Source of the DNA: Catajapyx aquilonaris
Lineage: Eukaryota
Reading direction: 5' to 3'
Assembly: GCA_000934665.2 (NCBI GenBank)
Contig: JYFJ02000399.1
Location: 62,001-126,000, forward strand
Length of the DNA: 64,000 nucleotides
Each line of letters starts with the position of its first letter. The stretch's first letter is position 1. The notes under the pieces were generated by a model that saw nothing but the letters and a program-made list of their open reading frames with translations, searched no databases and was not told the origin of the DNA. Position numbers and translations under genes: made by a program. This document shows positions 23,501-38,571 of the stretch, one piece after another.

Positions 23501-24358
23501 ACAGGAAGATCCGCTGATAACAAATCCACTTTAATTAACGTGTGTGTAAGTTACACATATTTTTAATCCTTTGCTGAAATTGATATTTTAATATTCCGTT
23601 ATATTGCAATCAAAAGTAACAGGACGCATAAACAAACAAAAATGTACACAAAATAATAAATTCCAGTCGATATATGTAAATTAATATTTTCGGTAGTTTA
23701 TTTTTATTCAAAATAAAATTACATATTTTCATTTATTCAGTATATTATTTTCACTTACTTTGTTTGTCATATTTTTGCGTGCTTATAGTCCTATACAATA
23801 TTTGATAAATATTTCTGGTAATCATAAACAAAAAATAATGCGAGAAATATTCCAAAAAAATAATAAGAAATTTTGAATTTAATTTGAATTTAAATGTAAC
23901 CGATATTTTAGAATGTGACCTGGATTTTAAATCAATCTGCCATTCAAATTTCGATCAAATTCAATTTCGGTAACCATACAGTTGAGGTATGCCGCAAATC
24001 TAAACAAATTGTAAAGCCAACAAATTCACTTTCACTACCTGCTGTACAGTCCGATTTATTGCATAACGAAATTAATGGGTTTTGATTTTTTCATTGACAT
24101 ACTGCATGACTCTACACAGAGCGCAGAATCCGATAAGAGCACAATTTATTGTACACTCTATTGGGAAAATTACATCAAAAAAGGCGTAATGGGACTTTAG
24201 GCCAATCAGACATCAGGATCAATGATTAATTAAATGTTACACCATCAGTACTTATGCAATGGGGCGAGCATGTACTTGAATACAGTGCCAGCAATTATTG
24301 TGTGTATTATTCCCGTAGCTGTAATTGGACCTCAATTTAATAAATTCGGGGGTAATTA

Positions 24359-24645
24359 CTCTCTAAAAAATAAGAGTTAAATTAACTATTTTAAACCTTG
24401 AAAGTGGTCATTACCAAAAATGAGTTATAATAACTCTTTGCTGGAGTTCAAACAACTCTTTTAGTTCATTTCATCCTCCGAAAGAGTTAATGAATAACTC
24501 TTTCGGAGGATGAAATGAACTGAAAGAGTTGTTTTAACTCCAGCGAAAGAGTTATTATAACTCATTTTTGGTAATGACCACTTTCAAGGTTAAAAGAGTT
24601 AAAAAGAACCCAACTTGAGTTTTTTTAACTCTTTTTTTTAGAGAG
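24359..24645. mobile_element. Foldback/palindromic MITE (CTCTCTAAAAAA...TTTTTTAGAGAG, TA flanks)
   Basis: Near-perfect inverted arms of about 100 bp centred near 24492, with internal AAGAGTT/AACTCTT subrepeats. Confidence 0.85.
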
Positions 24646-27600
24646 TAGGGAATCAGCAATGTGCGTTGCGCAATTGCAAGTTTGAACAACTTATATGATT
24701 GCGATTTTCTGTCACTTGTTGACCATTGTGTGACATATTAAGTGGATAAAATATTGTACTCAAAATAATTTATAGAGCAGCCTCGCCCCCTGTTGAGCTT
24801 CGATATAGAGCAGTGCACACTTCAATGTACAACGTGCATGTCCGGCGCAATTTAATTACACAAGTTTGCACAACCCATTATTCACAAAATCTCATTTTGA
24901 TGCTCCCAGAATTTCCCAAGCACATCATCATCAGACTCCACAGCTTAATATTTTTTTTTCAAGTTCGTCCCATAAAGTCAAGGTCAATTCCACCAGACAG
25001 ATTCTTCTCACTATACTTTCCTGATCCTGTTTAAACAAAAAAAAAATCCTCCATCATGCGGTCACTTGCCACGGTCGTTGATTGGGTACGTGAGAAATCC
25101 TCAACAATCGATACCCTTCCTCAACAGAACCGTGACAGTTTCGAGCTTTAAACTTTTCCACATTAATCAGCGCCCCTATCCACACAACAATCGGACCAGG
25201 TTTGGCTCCCATGAACCTTTTGTGTAAGCCATTTTCGCACGGGGCTTCCTCATTTTGGACCTCATCCAAACTTGAACGTTTCTGTTGGCACAATTCAGAT
25301 TAATACATCACAAAGACTAGGACTTCGAATCACTACATTTTCTTTTCGCGGCCAAAGAAAATGGCGTCGCAATTTTGAAGGTAGATTGAAAAAGCCCAGA
25401 GGGGAGGCAAACATTGTTCTCTTAATGTTGTCAGTCATGCAAAAAAAAGGCAAACTTTGCCAGGAGGTGGGGGTGTGTTTAGCAAAGAAAGATATAAGGC
25501 TTCCAATCTTCTTTGTAAGCTGTCTTTCCTCCTGCATGTGAGGGAATTAAGGTGTGGGCCACAGAATAGTCGATCCATCAACCTCATGCTCGAGCCCCAA
25601 CTATACAACCATGTCATTCACTTCACCTGAGCAACGACTGAGACGTTTCGCCAATCTTGCTGGGAAAGGAAAAAAAAACCCTTCAATCATGCAGGTTTGT
25701 TTCCCACGTGGGAGGTTAGACATTGAATTGCCTTTTCTGTTAAGAATAAAGTCATCACGAGTCCCACGAAGCGAATAGCCATTATAAAGATTGTGGTCTG
25801 ATTGTGTTTGTATATAAGATTTATGGAACACTAACACATCAGGGATAAAACGATTACGAATCATGGAGCTTCGACGAATTCACAGCACGTGAGTAACGGT
25901 GTAAAAACATTTACTAATTGAAAAATTTTTAGTTGCCTAATTAGGCATTTTGTACAACGTCATATTAATTAATGATACTTGTATATCATTGCTACAATTT
26001 TATTACTAATTAAATTCGTTATTAATAATTAACATTATCACACTATGCCAATAACTACTTCAAAAAATTGCAAACAGATGAACCTTTTTGGCGAGTTCAG
26101 CTCTAGTTGGTCATATTATGCTCTGTTTGTATTTGCTCGGCGACGCCTCATTATTGACCTGATTAGCACTAATAATGAGAAGTGAGGTGCTGCCCGTAGC
26201 ATCGATTTTATCTCCTCCGACTTACTAACACTTGATGGACTCATAACCTAACATTTTAAAATCAAGCGGGAATACTCGGCTGGGAGTGTCACATACCTAC
26301 CAGGATACATACTGCATGACCCTGCACTTGAAGGAACGATTTAATTAATTAATTATTTTAAATAAATTTATGTAAAAGCTTAACTGTGTAGTCATCAAAT
26401 TCTGGTTTAAAATCTGAAGGAAACATGTGGATAATTTTTCATTGAGGAGGATGCATGGCTCTCGTCTCCATCCCCCGAATGAATGTTTACACGTTCCACA
26501 TCCCGATCCTTTCAACAAGCCTGCAAAACTGTTTCAAACTGACCCTTCCGGTTAAGCCCTCAACGTCCACAATAACATCATGTTTCGTCGGTTGCATCCC
26601 CAACGATTTACATAACAATCTTTGCTACAGGTACGTCACAGGGTCACATCGACTTTTTTTTCCGAGTAGCATGAAATGCATAGAGAGGAACATTACAACA
26701 AAAAAATAAAGGCTTGACTCAATATCCGGAGCTGTGAGTGGGCATCGTCACTTACGTAGTGTAGCCGGCAATAGCTCGACCAATGGGGCGATGGGAACGA
26801 TTATGCGCGGGGAAACCGAGTCAGAAACTCTGGGAGTCGGAGTTTCCAGGCAGTCAGTATTGCATCGGGGTCCCACCAAAGGGACAGACACTGTCTCTCA
26901 GGCCCTCTTTGACACACGAGTGACACGAGTGACCCGTCGTGCTTCAGGTACAGTTCATGGACTCATATTTATTTACGTATAACAATTAAACTCAGATATT
27001 CCGTCCGATATGGACACCTACACAAATATTAGATATTTTAGCTAGTAATTTGCTCAAAGCAAAATATAATTTATTGCAAATTAAACAGGATATGCGTTTA
27101 GGAAACATCCTGACAGTATGCAACCATCATTCGCCAAATATTAAACAATTACCTGACTTTTACTACCAAAAAAATAGGCTATTGTTTCACCCAGATTACG
27201 ATCCATAACGGCTGATGTGCAATGCAAAAATGGGCCAATTATTGCAGATCATGTTGGTTAATAACGACGCGTGTGGCAGGTGGGCGGGGGTGTATGTTCG
27301 ACGTGGGATAAATCAATTGCTGATCTAATTCCCGATTTTTAGTATACACAAATGGTGACTAATGGCGCCACCATTTTTTTCTCTCTCTCGACCGATCGTT
27401 TTATAGACGTTATGAGATGATGGACGGTGAAGGGAGTGCATGCAAAATAACAAGGGGCTTGTGCGGGTAATGGAGTCTATCGTCACCTATTTTTTGCTCG
27501 GATTGCTCATTATCGGACTCCCAGCACCCCCCGCAAAAACCCCCTCTAATAACTCCAGCACGAAGGCTATTAAAGCCGGGAATGTAATAGTAGCCGCGAA

Positions 27601-30279
27601 TAACTTTACCGGAAGCTCCCCCCCCCTCCCCACTTTTTCAATATGTGATTGCATTCCGCTCACGTTGTTCTATCTTCATAACTCCATGAAAAGCGATCAA
27701 AATACCTTCCTGAATTCCGCTCTTCTTGGATCTATCTTGACTCCCCAATTTTATAGTCCTACTAATTGTCGACTTTTTTTGAAGGGGTGGGGGGAGGGGG
27801 TACAAAACAATGCAATAATTTCTAAGCCCTGAAACTCGATTCCTGCTCGTTACACGTCTTTTGTCGCCTTCTGAACAATTATTGGGCAATGGACCCGGAG
27901 GGAAAGGCGAACCCTTCAAAATCCGGGGTAACAATTCAGCCGATTTTCATCCGACACTTGGCCGTATTTAGGTGTCTAATTGGAAGAGTCGCAACAATTT
28001 AGACTCGTTAGGATGACAAATAAGGTCTGTCTTAATCATGCGCCTAATTTAACACCGGATGTATCGTAAAATTAGCTCAAATATCCCGTTTGCATAATTA
28101 ATATTATGATATAAAAATTTTCTTAGCAAAATTTTGAGCCTTAAAAATTTTTCCCGGATTATATTACAATCCCTTAGAGTCTGATCGGCCAATTAATACA
28201 GCAAAATGATCGATCATGTCCGGCCAGATGAATGTATATTTCCGGCTGCTAATTAGCTCCCTGTAATTTTTTGGAGGGTATATTCCGCTAGTATATACTT
28301 ACGTTTACTTTCTGGCTTTTTTTCCCCCTGGATGGGGAAAAAAAGAGGCGGAAGATAATCTTTTTCCAGAGCTCAGGGCTAATTTCAACTGCGGCGATTT
28401 CCTGGCTGGGCTCTCAGTTCATTAACTTAATTAAAAGCAGGGTGGAGACATTCGCAACGTTGTTTTTTTTGTGCAACAAAGTCGTCTGGAGTGATTGTCA
28501 ATAGTGCGGTCTTGATTGGACCGGATTAAAGGAATGTAAATGGGACATTTTCGGGGGAGGAGGTGCTAAACTTCTGGGACTAATTAAAAGATAAACGGTG
28601 TCGGCCTATGGAGCCATAATAAAACTGCTTGCCAAATTCCGGAGCATGCAAAAATTTGTGACGTCAAAATCTCCTCTGTGCCGGGTTTCACATTATGCAA
28701 AAATTGTTAGAGGCAAACAACTGTGTATATTAATATCTTTATGCAGTGCTACCATCAATCTGGTTGTCAGCTCACTCAAAATGCAATCTGTCAATGACAT
28801 TTGTGTCGTATGCAAATATGAAACTGGCCAATATACAGTTCCTCGCAGCAAAAGTTCCTCGACCAAAAATTAGCCTCAAAACCGCAGTTAACATATGTTT
28901 ACATTGTACTAAATGTTCTCCGCAAATGAATTAATTGTCCGTTTTGCACTATTCCAGTTTATCACTTTGTTTTGAAGCAGCTACTTTTTTAGATTATCTC
29001 AAATATTGCCTAATATTATTAAAATATTATTATTTAGTAATACAGTTGACTTCGGATAATTATAACAGGCGTCAACTGACTGAAGTCAAATTGCAACTTT
29101 TGTAACGAACACATAAGTTTTCAGCTTTCCATGTGCTTATAATGCACACTACTGAATACATTAATGAAACTATCCACAAAAATGCAAAATTTGCTCACCC
29201 GAAAATTAGGCTGGACCAAAAAATTCGCAATTTTCTTCGTCCGTCTCTTTGTTGCCAAATATACCAGAGAAAGTATGATTTTGAGTAACTTAGAACATTG
29301 ACAGATGCTAAAATCTGCTCGTGGTAAATATTTCCGTTAAGTTTACAGAGTTATTTTGTAATGACAGTTACATATTAATTAGAGCTGCATATTAATTATT
29401 TATAGTTACATATACAGTACAAGTTATAGGAGCTGTTTGTGATCCATCAATGACATTTCCGTTGCCTGCAAGTACAAAAGTGTTATAAACATGTAGTTCG
29501 TCACAGCTTCGGGCCAAATTGATTTCCTATTCTCTTTCCTACACTAAAAAAATATTATTTAAATATTCGTTCCTAGAAGCGACATACCCTCCGACATTTC
29601 CGGCTGACAGAAGGTGACGCACTCGCCAGAAATCCCAGGCTTTTGCAAAATTGCGCGAATTTGGTTTGAAGTAACGTAATTTTGGAATCCCAGAGGTGCA
29701 AACAAGCCCCCTTTGGCTGACAGCACCCTTTTCTCAAGAGACCTCACTATACCAACACTTGTGCGTCTTTCCAGCAGAGACGGGAAGCTGGAATTAAGTT
29801 GATTCCGTCCGCTTCCATACCTCCCACCCTCTGCGAATTCTGCTTGAAACCTTCCCTTCGAATTAGCAGTGTTATCTATCTGTGAACAGCTCCGGGAACC
29901 CCGGATCAAGCCCCAGTTGTTTCCCTTGGAATATATGCAGCCAAGCCCAGCGCTTTTATATAAGTTGTGTGTAGCCCTTGCAACAATAACACCTCTTCCC
30001 AAAGGCAGTGTTTTGTGCCTTGCTCAAATTGGATCAATTCCGCAGGTTTTGATCCTGTCGCCTATGTACACTCGAATGACCTGTTGTTTTTTAAAATAAC
30101 TGTGTCCGAATTACGTCACGCTGACATGATGACGTCGGTGCGCTTACAAGAAGTTCATTGATTGGTAATGAGCATAAAACTTCTAAAATGTAACCGTAAG
30201 CATTAAATGCGTTATTTAATTTTATTCATAATATTATGCTAATGTCTGTTGTTTGTCCGGGATGAGTCATCAACCAGGT

Positions 30280-30367
30280 ACATGTAGTACCATCAACCCT
30301 CGCGAATGGCAGGAGTGTACAGAGAGGGAGGATGTGCCATCTGTGTGCGGAGTATGGTACTACATGT
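30280..30367. mobile_element. Small MITE (ACATGTAGTACCA...TGGTACTACATGT); degenerate relative at about 33288-33370
   Basis: 13-bp TIR plus inner ATGGCA...TGCCAT arms. The core ATGGCAGGAGTGT(A/G)CAGAG..GGAG is shared with the 33.3 kb copy. Confidence 0.6.
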
Positions 30368-33300
30368 GATATTCAGAAGTGACATACAAGTTTCACACGA
30401 CCCATACCGGCTGTCGATATCTACTTGTAAAAGTGATAAATAGCTACAGTAACAGACCGTGTTCACGTGCGGTGTTTGAGACGTTCAGCGCTCAATAACT
30501 TACTATGGAGTTCAAAAAAAGCGGCTATACAAATTTTCGACAAATATATTGCAAACTGTACATATAGTTGGAATTAAAAAGCATAACTGTATTAATAATG
30601 TTATAAACAGTTGATATTCCACACCCAATTCCACGTGTCAAACAAAATTAGTCGACATTAAACAACTGGTGTTGTGTGCATTTAATTAGCCCACCAGTGT
30701 TGGTTAACTGACAACCTCACACTGCAGGGAATAAACCCAGTTATTTTAACCCACCTTCCATGGGGTTTTAACCCCTGTGCAAACTACGACTACAAAACAG
30801 CGCTTCCAAACTTTCCACTTTCTCTTCGGCAACAATAAAAGTCAAAGATGAGACAAGTTGTCTCATAAGCGCACCTGGCTTCTATCAAACGTGCTCAGCT
30901 TAAGTTACATTAACTTTGAACTTTTTTTTCCTTCAAAAAAGTAGGGAGCCGAGTGCTGCACATATGTTACCATAAGTTTGGAGGGCGGTTACATGCTGGG
31001 TTTAGCAAAAATAAATAAAAAATGCCTTCCCAGATGTTCGCAAACACCGCATTATTGCTAATCAGTTTGCATTACTTTCAACCCGTTACGCTCGTTAGCA
31101 TGTCCTGTAAACTGGCTTTAAGGGTCTCTTCCTCGGTTACCAATTAGGAATCAAGTTTGACATAGTTTAGGCAGAGATGTGTACAGCAGCAGCATGTGTA
31201 ACTTCGGGTCGTTTCCTTCAGACCCAATCAAGTGGCAGCTCGTATTTGGCACACTCTGGTGAATAATTCATGCCTACACGACCGAGTTCAACTGCAGTAA
31301 CAATGCCTTACCGCGATGTCAAAGTCAAACTGTCATAATAATACGCTCGACCATAAACAAGAGACGGGGACTATATATCTTATGTGCAACGCAAGGTAGG
31401 AAGATATAGGAAAAGGTCATATCGATCGGCCTTGTCTCCACAACAAAACGAGCTTCGACTCAATCTAGTCCTAGTTCCCCCCCCCCCCCCCATATGGGCT
31501 AATAAGCGATATGGATTAAACAGATTTGCTCAGACAATATTCACTGTGCAATAATCACCTTAAAACCTGACTAATAAATTTTCAAAATATATTTTCAGAT
31601 GCACGAACTGTTCAATAAATTGCACAATGTTTATTGGCGCATACTGTAAATAGATGAAGTTAAAATTCTGGGCTAAAAATAATGTCAGCTGACATATGCT
31701 ACAACTTTCTGTGTACAAACGTGGCTTGATATATAATTCACAACTTGCTTTTAGCTCTCATCGCCTGCAACAACAACATTATTACCATGCTTTGTACGAC
31801 ATATGCACCACACACGCGAGCAGAATTAAATAATCATTGCTCTACAGTCTACACAACTGCGAGGAAAAATAGAGAAAAAAAATGTACTACCAACAAAGGC
31901 CTACTTTAGCCCATATTTTTTTGGAGCTCTCTCAGAGGTCACTTTAGGAGGCTTATAAGGAGCAATGTACGGCAAGAAGAGGCACTTATTTCAGGCCCTT
32001 TTGTGGTCTAGTGGAAAAGACTCGGGGAAAAATACTTCTGGCAACAATATGTTGAGTAATTCAGTATGAGATGGAGTACTAATGATCGGATCCAGTGAAT
32101 AATTTAGTCTCCTCCAGTTAAGTTTGATATGGCGGCAGTTTAGCAGAATTGTGGTTTTCAAGCTCGGCAGTGAAATCTTGTTAAACTTGCAGGTCCTTTT
32201 CCTTGGGAAGAGGGAAACGAAGCGGATTGTAATCTGCATCCGAGAGAGAAACACTATAGTGTTTCTAATGCAGGCTCGAGTTATGTCACATTAGCAGGTC
32301 ATGCAGAATAATTTTTTTGGCGCATTAGTTTTCAGCCAGTGCGTTTATATGTAACATAGAGGGTGACAGAGTGCCAATTGCAGACCACCATTATTTATAC
32401 GTCGGGTTATTCAAGTTGAGCGTGATGTAAAGCTTATTTGCACTCAAATTGACGTTGCCAAACACAACTAGTGATGCGTGAAATATTTGGATTTTCGGCT
32501 CAAACATTTCCTTGAAAATAAACGGTTTGATACGATGCAAAATCTGCTCCCTTCCAGCAAGAATCAATCCACTGCAACTGCCTGTTGCAAACAAGAAAAA
32601 AAAAACTGCGATTTATACAGTAACAGTCCCTCCAGCTTTGTAATGCAAAATCGTCCTACTTGTAAAACCGACCCTCCTAATGGGCAGGGATATACTGTAA
32701 CCCAGCACAATCAGACTTCCTCTTGTTAAATTAGCATCCGACAAATGCTGCCAGTCGTCCGCAAATATCCCGGAATTCAACTCTTTCCAAATGAATTTTC
32801 TCGTAGGCGTGAAGAGCAGTGGCCTCAGACAAAACTTAATCAGGGACTCAGTTCGAACCAATCGGGGGCTTCTAGCATTGACCCTTTTATCACATCATAG
32901 GACTTCCCCTAAAGAACACAAAAGAAAAATCCTATATGGACTACTTGAATAGAAGAGGCTTTCGATGCCAAAGAGAAGGTGTGGAGAAGGACTCCCTTGT
33001 GCACTTCCCCATATTATGCCCATGCAGAAGCCTCCTTTGGGACACATTTTCGCAAACATTCAGATTCCTTTGTGAGAGAAGGGCGAACTGCAAATGCAAC
33101 CTTGAGGTCCTCGGGATTATATATCTGTCGCTGAGGCACACAGGCATTTCTAACAGATCTTTAACGGCCAAGATGGATTCACGGAACTATGCCGCAGTAT
33201 GGTCTTACAATGTATAGTTGCTTCCAAAACAAACATAAAAAGCAGAAAAAAATATTTCTCCTAAAAGGCTGATGTTTGTCCGACCTGATAGTATCGCTAT

Positions 33301-35401
33301 CTCTGTCACAGATGGCAGGAGTGTGCAGAGGGAGATTGCGCCATCTATGCCTGAAGAATAATACTACGTGGTAAATCGGCGGGCATCTCCTCATGAATTG
33401 TTTTGCCAAATATTGGCAACGGGTTCACTAGTTATTAATAAATATTACAGGCAACTTTTACCAATCGAAGTTAGCAGCTACTTCGAACAGCCACATATAC
33501 CTCAAATTCGCACTTTAAAGGCACCGCAGACCATGCAAAATTAATTGCAAACTGAATCTTATCGCCTTTCCTGATTCCCTCCCCGCCAGCCCCCGTAAAA
33601 TTTTATCTTCACCCATTATCGTCATCCCGAGTTCAGCTCCATGGACCCTCTTTTTTTGTGTTAGATGATCTATTCCGACTTCTGTAGCAAAGCGTAGAGA
33701 GCAAACGGCCCCGGGGCCGCTTGCTTTTCACATGGCAACCGGGTTATATGAAACTGGCTTGAGTTTTAAATAGCCCCGAGAGGGCGCCGTCCCCATTGTG
33801 AAAGTCCTAGCAATTATATTACGAAAGTCTGTACACCCAGGAAACTCAAATATTATGAAGGTCCCAGTGGTCAACCGGCTGGACGGAACAGATAGGATGA
33901 TGATGGGGGTGCACTGTATTGTTCCCTGGGCCTCTGCAGTGTTGTTCTAACCCTTTAGGTTATGCCAGCAAGCTCTTATTTTAATAACGAGGCCCGGTAC
34001 TTTGTGTGTAACCGCAAACGAGTCAGGTGTTGCAGGTAAACACTTTCAGATGTCTATTTCGGTGACATTTACAGAGGCAAGGCTGATCATGATCCTTACC
34101 ATGGCAATAGCAACAGTGTTACCGTATATAGCAACGGGATTCAATTCCCGTGCGAAGTTAATAATAATTATCACCGAGCACCTGCCGCGCAGTCGACTCC
34201 AGAGACGTCGGCGGCGGGTTCTGGCACTTTGACAAATAATCGCGGCCATATTTTTGCATGGAAACCGTCGGGCAGCGGGCGACGACAGCGCAATTCCCAA
34301 TCGGGTCGGGAAAACGAGCAATTATCCTCACCCCCGGCCATTAATCCCTCGGACACAAGAACCACCAGGTTAATCTCTTGATGTGTCCGCCTGTCTTTCC
34401 TCTGGGAAATCACAGGGAAAGGACTCCCACGTGATGGGCCAGCTTGTCACTGCGGACTAATCACAACGAGACCCTGTAACACATAGACACACGCCAAAAA
34501 AAATGTATGTGTCGCCATTTGGGACGGATGCTATAATCACCCTCTTGTCCAGCACCCCTCTAATTCGCGAATATGTCCAGGGGATGTCATACGACCAGTT
34601 AAGCTGTTCAAAATGATATATAGCTATCACGTCAGCTAGCATCTTTGTACCTAGCAATGAACATGTTCCTCACACTTTACGATGCACACACGCCCTAGTC
34701 TTATCTTAGCCTATCGCAAGAAAAATAAACAGCCTGGGAGTTATGTAATGTGATTTGACAAGGCGGCCTCGCGGTGCTAATAATCACCTGGCCTGCCAAC
34801 CATCTTTTTTACGCAATTGACACAACATGTGTGTGTTACAACTTACGCGCAATATTTGCTCTATTTATGAGCCAAAAAATCGGTTAGTTTTTTTTTGGAG
34901 CATCAATCTACGACCTGTCGTGTAGCCAAGATTGTAGGGAAGGTTATCTGGCGTCGAACCATTCTCATCCTTCAAATGCTGCCGGAAATTGATGGTCCAG
35001 CCAGTGAAGAATGGTTCAGTGTGTCGGACAGCGGTTTTCTAAATTGAATGGAAGCAGACGCAGCATAATGGCCGGCAAACCTGGACGCGACACACCAGCT
35101 GATAATAAGTTATAACCGGTGGCGCAATAATACCAGAGGGCTCATATCTCGAGATATTAAGTGCCACAAAGTACTATCGTATACCAGGCAGACTACTGAC
35201 AGCCCGCGATTGCTTATCTCTTATGGGAAGATCGATCCTGAAATTAAGTTTGGATGATAACTAGTTGACAAGCCGGTTTTAAAATGGCTGATAGCTGTTA
35301 AAGTAGCAGGGATTTCATTCTACTGTATAATATTAGTAACAAATTTAGTCTATCTGCACATGTACCAAGTAAAAGGACCAAAAATTCGAACTTAGTGTAT
35401 A

Positions 35402-35585
35402 CAGTCAAATGTGGTGAGATTGTGCCAGATGGGGTGAGATTGTGCCAACGAATTTTTTGGGACAACAGCGAATAATTTCACTGGTCATTTCCAACTTTGA
35501 CCATCCTTCAATGTAGTGCAACATGGCTAAATTCTGCCAATAGTTGTCCAAAAATGTGTTGGCACAATCTCACCACGTTTGATGG
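35402..35585. mobile_element. Tc1/mariner(pogo)-type MITE, TA TSD
   Basis: TIRs CAGTCAAATGTGGTGAGATTGTGCCA / TGGCACAATCTCACCACGTTTGATGG with the subterminal motif duplicated on the left. A fragment also occurs near 41000-41020. Confidence 0.75.
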
Positions 35586-37211
35586 TATTGATAGAAAAAA
35601 AAATCAGGTACCGGTATAGCAAATCCTCCCAGATTTAACACGCCCTTGAACTGTTGGAAAACTTCCATCAACATGTCAGTCAAGATCTATCAGTCGGCAT
35701 CGGGAAACTTCAGGGTGTAGTTGGCAGCACTTGAGTGTGCGAAACAACTGATTTGTACTGCTTGTTATTAATATATTGTTACAAAGTTTTTTTTTCGAAT
35801 TTTTTTAAAAAACCGTTAGGTCTTACCATCAAGTTACATCCTGGAACCACCATGCGCCCCGGAACTGTTCAGTTAGTAAAACAAATTACTTCCTCACATG
35901 CTGATGAGGAACACCCCCTCCTAATAAAACGCTGTAGTTCTAGACAATGGAAGGAGTCTAATTGTCGAGCCAGCTACTAATGAGCACCAACCCTTTCGTG
36001 CCAACACGAGGAAAAAAACTTTGTCTGCGGGCTAAAACACAGCCAGGGTTCCATTATAATGCATCCAGCTAAATTGAACCTTACGAATAAAAACCCCCTT
36101 CTCTTGTGTGGGAAAAAGGACCACCTGTGACGTGTGGAAAGACGTCGCCTGCACTTTGTCGACTGGTGTACCAAGTCAAGCGCGATGCAGTCAGGAAATA
36201 TTGGCCCACCAAAAACCTTCTTTTTCGACACTTTGGAGCGTGTAAAAATTGGAAGCTGCCAAGTCCGGTAGAGCATGGTCCTAAAAGTGGTCGCTTCTTA
36301 GAGACCAAGAATTGGCTTCATCTCTCGTTCAAGAGGACCATCCGACGAATTCCGTGGGGCTTTATTGGACACGCCCGATTTGAAAGGCTCATTACAAAAG
36401 ATATGGCAGGGGTAATAAAAACCTCTCCGCATGCTATATAGGAAGTAATGAGGTTCGTCTCTAATTCGATACCGATTTTTGGCATCATTCGGTTTCAGAA
36501 CGAATGCCTTCATCTTGAATAAAAAAAGCCATTAAAATTGATCTGTAAATTCGCCTGCCAACAACCCCTGTTTATCGATGGATTTCCAACGTGTGCATAG
36601 CATTAATAACGCATGTTTTGACCAAAACCAGCTCTTCTTTTACCTGGCTCTATTCGCTTACATAACATTTTGAAAACACGAGTGTTTCTACAGTGATGTT
36701 CCACTTCGACCCATCGATCTACAGTCAAGAGGGGAACCCTTCTCACATCAATCACAAAGCTTGATACCAATCTGAACTGAACAATTTTCTATGCATAGGT
36801 GCTCTAGCAACAACTTCATATATAAACAAGTAACAACGCTGCTTTACCTTCCTCAGAAAAGGGACGCACGAAAGAGGTTTGTAATGAGCTTCCTCCAAAG
36901 TCCATTAGGCCATCATTGTGATGTCCCTTAATGGCATCTGAATCAGTTGGAAGCATCCACCAATCGATGTCCTCTCGGGACAAAACTGGACCACTCAGAA
37001 ATAATTCCCTCAGGCGTATATACAGGGCCTCTTACGCAGGAGGCACTGTGGCCAATAGAAGAGGCTCCTGATGCAGTGCGATGTCTGCATACGATTGGCG
37101 AAATATCAAATTGCACACGAAGTGTCGTATTTCGCCAATGGCAATATGGAAGAATGAGACTTCAAAATAGAATCCAAATATCAAAGAAAACAAACATTCA
37201 CGACGAGATCA

Positions 37212-37474
37212 ACCGAGTGCGCAACCACATTCGCGCAGCTCCATTGTTCTGGGAACACCGTTGCCAGAGTTACTCCCCAACGCGCAACTGCCCATGCCCT
37301 CTGAGGTTCAATCCAGGGCCTTCTCAACGTCGCAAACTTCAGCCATAGTATTTTCTTCCCCAGCGTAGCGTTGGAAATAAGCACAGTGCAATACACCCAC
37401 TCTAAACAAAGAGCTGACCAAATCATTGATAATGTCAACCGTGCACCCTGCGCGAACTGTGGTGCGCACTCGGT
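37212..37474. mobile_element. MITE family copy 1 (TIR ACCGAGTGCGCA.CCAC..TCGCGCAG)
   Basis: Inverted ends. The internal blocks TTGCCAGAGTTACTCC and AGCGTAGCGTTGGAAATAAG are shared with 48679-48924. Confidence 0.75.
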
Positions 37475-38571
37475 ATTAAAATATCTTGAGCTAAAATTTG
37501 GCATAATAGTCAGGCGATATTAATATTTAATCATTATAAAATGTAGCACGTTGACACCACCTGTACCTGTTGAAAATATAATAAAACGCTACTAAAATTT
37601 CATGTAAATTAATTACGATTCACAGGGAGAACACCGTTCTTCATAATACCCGTCGAGATAAACCCATTCCGATGTCACAGCAAGGGTTAGCCGTAAATCC
37701 AATGCAGCACAGACTAATCTGACACCCAGGCTCAAGACAAATGTCTGGCCGTTTGCTCAAGAAAAAGAAAATTTTTGCAAAGTGCAAAAAAGCCCTTTTT
37801 CCCCCCTTATACGTAGGTGTGATATTGGAAATTTCCCAGCCCTCCTTGGACTTCCTCCTGGGTTGACACTTTGAATAAACGGCGGAACATGGGCTGCTGG
37901 AGCCTTGACTTTTTTTGTTTTTTTTTCAACATTCTTCCAACCCAACTCTCTCTAAAGTGCTCGCTCTCAACTCCCATTTTCTGAACCTCGACCCGAACTA
38001 GTAACAATAGATTGCAAAAGTTACACTGCACTTCCCCCCTTCTTTTTGTACCCACGGTATCATCTACAACCCCCGCCCTTTCAAAAACCCTCCAGTGCAA
38101 CATGGCCCGGTCTGAATAGCCATCCTGACGTTAATTCCAACCCCCTGCCTGAATGCCTATTGTTCTAGTTGTTAAAAAGTTACGTTGGTCCTTGAGTGAC
38201 CCAGAGATGTAACCCTGCATCAATGATTTTTTTTCAAAAAATATATATATATATATGGCGTCGCAGGCGGTTCACATGCAGTGCTGTACAGATATGTTGT
38301 ATGAACTTGTAAATTTTCATGGCGGTATGACTGTAAGCTGGCGGATATATCTAACTTGTATTGTGACGTCACAGACAGGCACAAATTTTGGACTACAAAA
38401 AATACCGCGGCATAGCTAGTTGAATAGATAGTGTAAAAAAATGTGCTGCTCTCCACCAACTAAAGAGAAAATCTATGACTTTGCTCAACAATACTTAAAC
38501 AAATTCCCTTAATTTATTTGTTTACAAGACGAGGTCTTAATGTTAGAAGAGATGTTCATTCATTTACTTTT

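Noticed and set aside
35895..35945. Possible hammerhead ribozyme (CTGATGAG core)
   Set aside because: The required GAAA box is replaced by TAAAAC, and helices II/III cannot be drawn convincingly.
12300..38500. Numerous 60-150 aa ORFs in the intergenic interval
   Set aside because: No recognisable domains, RT/transposase motifs, codon bias or consistent splice structure. This is the expected random ORF background.
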